Below are positions 35,091 to 36,312 of a DNA stretch of 36,312 bases, piece after piece. The number at the start of each line of letters is the position of its first letter. The first letter of the stretch is position 1. A program made the translations under genes and the position numbers. The notes beneath the pieces were generated by a model. It was given only the letters and a program-made list of their open reading frames with translations, did not search any database and was not told where the DNA came from. This stretch comes from Thermoplasmata archaeon (lineage in GTDB: Archaea; Thermoplasmatota; Thermoplasmata; Thermoplasmatales; B87-G9), in NCBI GenBank assembly GCA_003649695.1, contig QMSR01000001.1, positions 1-36,312 of the forward strand. The letters are read 5' to 3'.

Positions 35091-36312
35091 CTACCAAACT
35101 AAAACATCACTTGGAATTCTGTCTATCGGTCTCGCTATTCTATGCCGCTCCCGTTTATTCAGTAATACCGCTAGAGCTGAATATTCCTCCGTCGGAACGG
35201 TGAAATCAGCTGTCCATCGAGCAATACCATTTGAAATTCTCACCTCGTCAATCCATCCATTGAAATAATTTGTGCCATCTCCAACCTGTCCAATATATAG
35301 ACTGCCTGCAAGATTTGGGTATCCAGCATATGTCGCAGTCGTGCCTAGTTGCAGGCCATCCGCAAATAGATACCAGGTGGAGCCACTGCGAACGACCGCG
35401 ACATGATGCCAGGTGTCGGCAGATGGTGTCCATGCACGATACATATCCAGCACCCATACACCTCCGGAATAGATTGAAAATTCAAGACCATTTGTGGTAT
35501 TGTAATCAAATCGCAGTAGATTTGATGCGTCCTGATATTGTGCGATGAATACAGCACTCGTCGGCGTGCCGTTAAAGCGGACCCAACAATCCCAAGTGAA
35601 ATCACCGCTATGATACCAATCATCAGAATCAAGAACTGTCAGATAATCACCAGTCCCGTCAAACTTTCCACTCGCCCCACCGAATTTATATTGACTAGAA
35701 TCAATCTGTGCATCGCCATTCGCTGTTACAGTATGAGGTGAAAATGAGTCATCAACGAATGTTGTGGCACCTCCATTCAGGTGCAATAGTAATTTTGTAT
35801 TGGCATCAGAAGAATATTCCGCAGAAGGAACAGTGAAACCTGCTGTCCAACGCGCACTATCAGAGATTCTCACCTCATCCAGATATCCCTCAAATTTGTA
35901 TAGTGACCCACCACTCCAACCACCGATATAAAAATCTTGACCGGTCAGATTATTGACACTCTCGGTACTAGTCTGGTCGCCACCCTCTTGTGTCCCGTTG
36001 ACAAATAGTTTCCAGGTTGAACCTGTTCTGACTACAGCGACATGATACCACGTATCAATAGCCAATGTTGTCGTCCCTGTGATAATGACACCTACTCCAG
36101 CATTCTGAAAGAAAAACCGGAATTTGCCGAGGTTCACATCAAGGAATAATTGATTGTTGCTGGATAGATACCTGCTGAAAATAGTGTCCCCGCCTGAATC
36201 TGTCGTGGTACGTCGACACCAACAATCCAAGGTGAAATCACCTGTCCCAAAATCAAAATCTGTAGATGATGCAACAACCAGATCATCATTTGTCCCGTCC
36301 AATACCAAACTG
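35091..36312 (-). CDS. LamG/concanavalin A-like lectin repeat protein (5' truncated at window edge)
   Basis: Two repeats of DFT.DCW...W.HVAVVR.GSTW.LF..G...G..DEVRIS..ARWTA.F. Confidence 0.9.
   Translation of the reverse strand, partial: SLVLDGTNDDLVVASSTDFDFGTGDFTLDCWCRRTTTDSGGDTIFSRYLSSNNQLFLDVNLGKFRFFFQNAGVGVIITGTTTLAIDTWYHVAVVRTGSTWKLFVNGTQEGGDQTSTESVNNLTGQDFYIGGWSGGSLYKFEGYLDEVRISDSARWTAGFTVPSAEYSSDANTKLLLHLNGGATTFVDDSFSPHTVTANGDAQIDSSQYKFGGASGKFDGTGDYLTVLDSDDWYHSGDFTWDCWVRFNGTPTSAVFIAQYQDASNLLRFDYNTTNGLEFSIYSGGVWVLDMYRAWTPSADTWHHVAVVRSGSTWYLFADGLQLGTTATYAGYPNLAGSLYIGQVGDGTNYFNGWIDEVRISNGIARWTADFTVPTEEYSALAVLLNKRERHRIARPIDRIPSDVLVW

Noticed and set aside
1..36312. tRNA, rRNA, integrase or transposase
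   Set aside because: None recognisable by eye; lifestyle (temperate or lytic) cannot be determined from this window

Overview
The window is a segment of a tailed dsDNA phage genome, with essentially all real genes on the minus strand. In transcription order (right to left) it contains: (1) the end of a virion module (tandem LamG protein plus two probable structural proteins); (2) a five-gene glycan cluster (three GT-A-like glycosyltransferases, an exostosin/GT47-like enzyme and a sulfotransferase); (3) an early-gene island behind a promoter that is duplicated about 25 kb away; (4) a sigma-like factor, SNF2 helicase, RHH protein, primase, an O-like initiator carrying internal iterons, and a DnaB-like helicase; (5) a complete 7-deazaguanine DNA-modification pathway (queC, queD, queE, PRTase-folE fusion, queF, dpdA-like TGT), predicting dPreQ1; (6) a clamp, a split UDG/exonuclease + family A polymerase, a clamp loader, UvsY-like, SSB, RecA, 5' exonuclease, resolvase, and a split Rad50 with Mre11; (7) an LptC-like protein, a lipoprotein, a SEC-C protein, a second early island and a mosaic of small ORFs. 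The most notable items are the PRTase-FolE fusion, an apparently split/permuted DpdA, the sulfated-glycan cluster, the LptC-like protein, and a leader-peptide/attenuator structure before the initiator. All calls come from motif recognition by eye; no searches were run.
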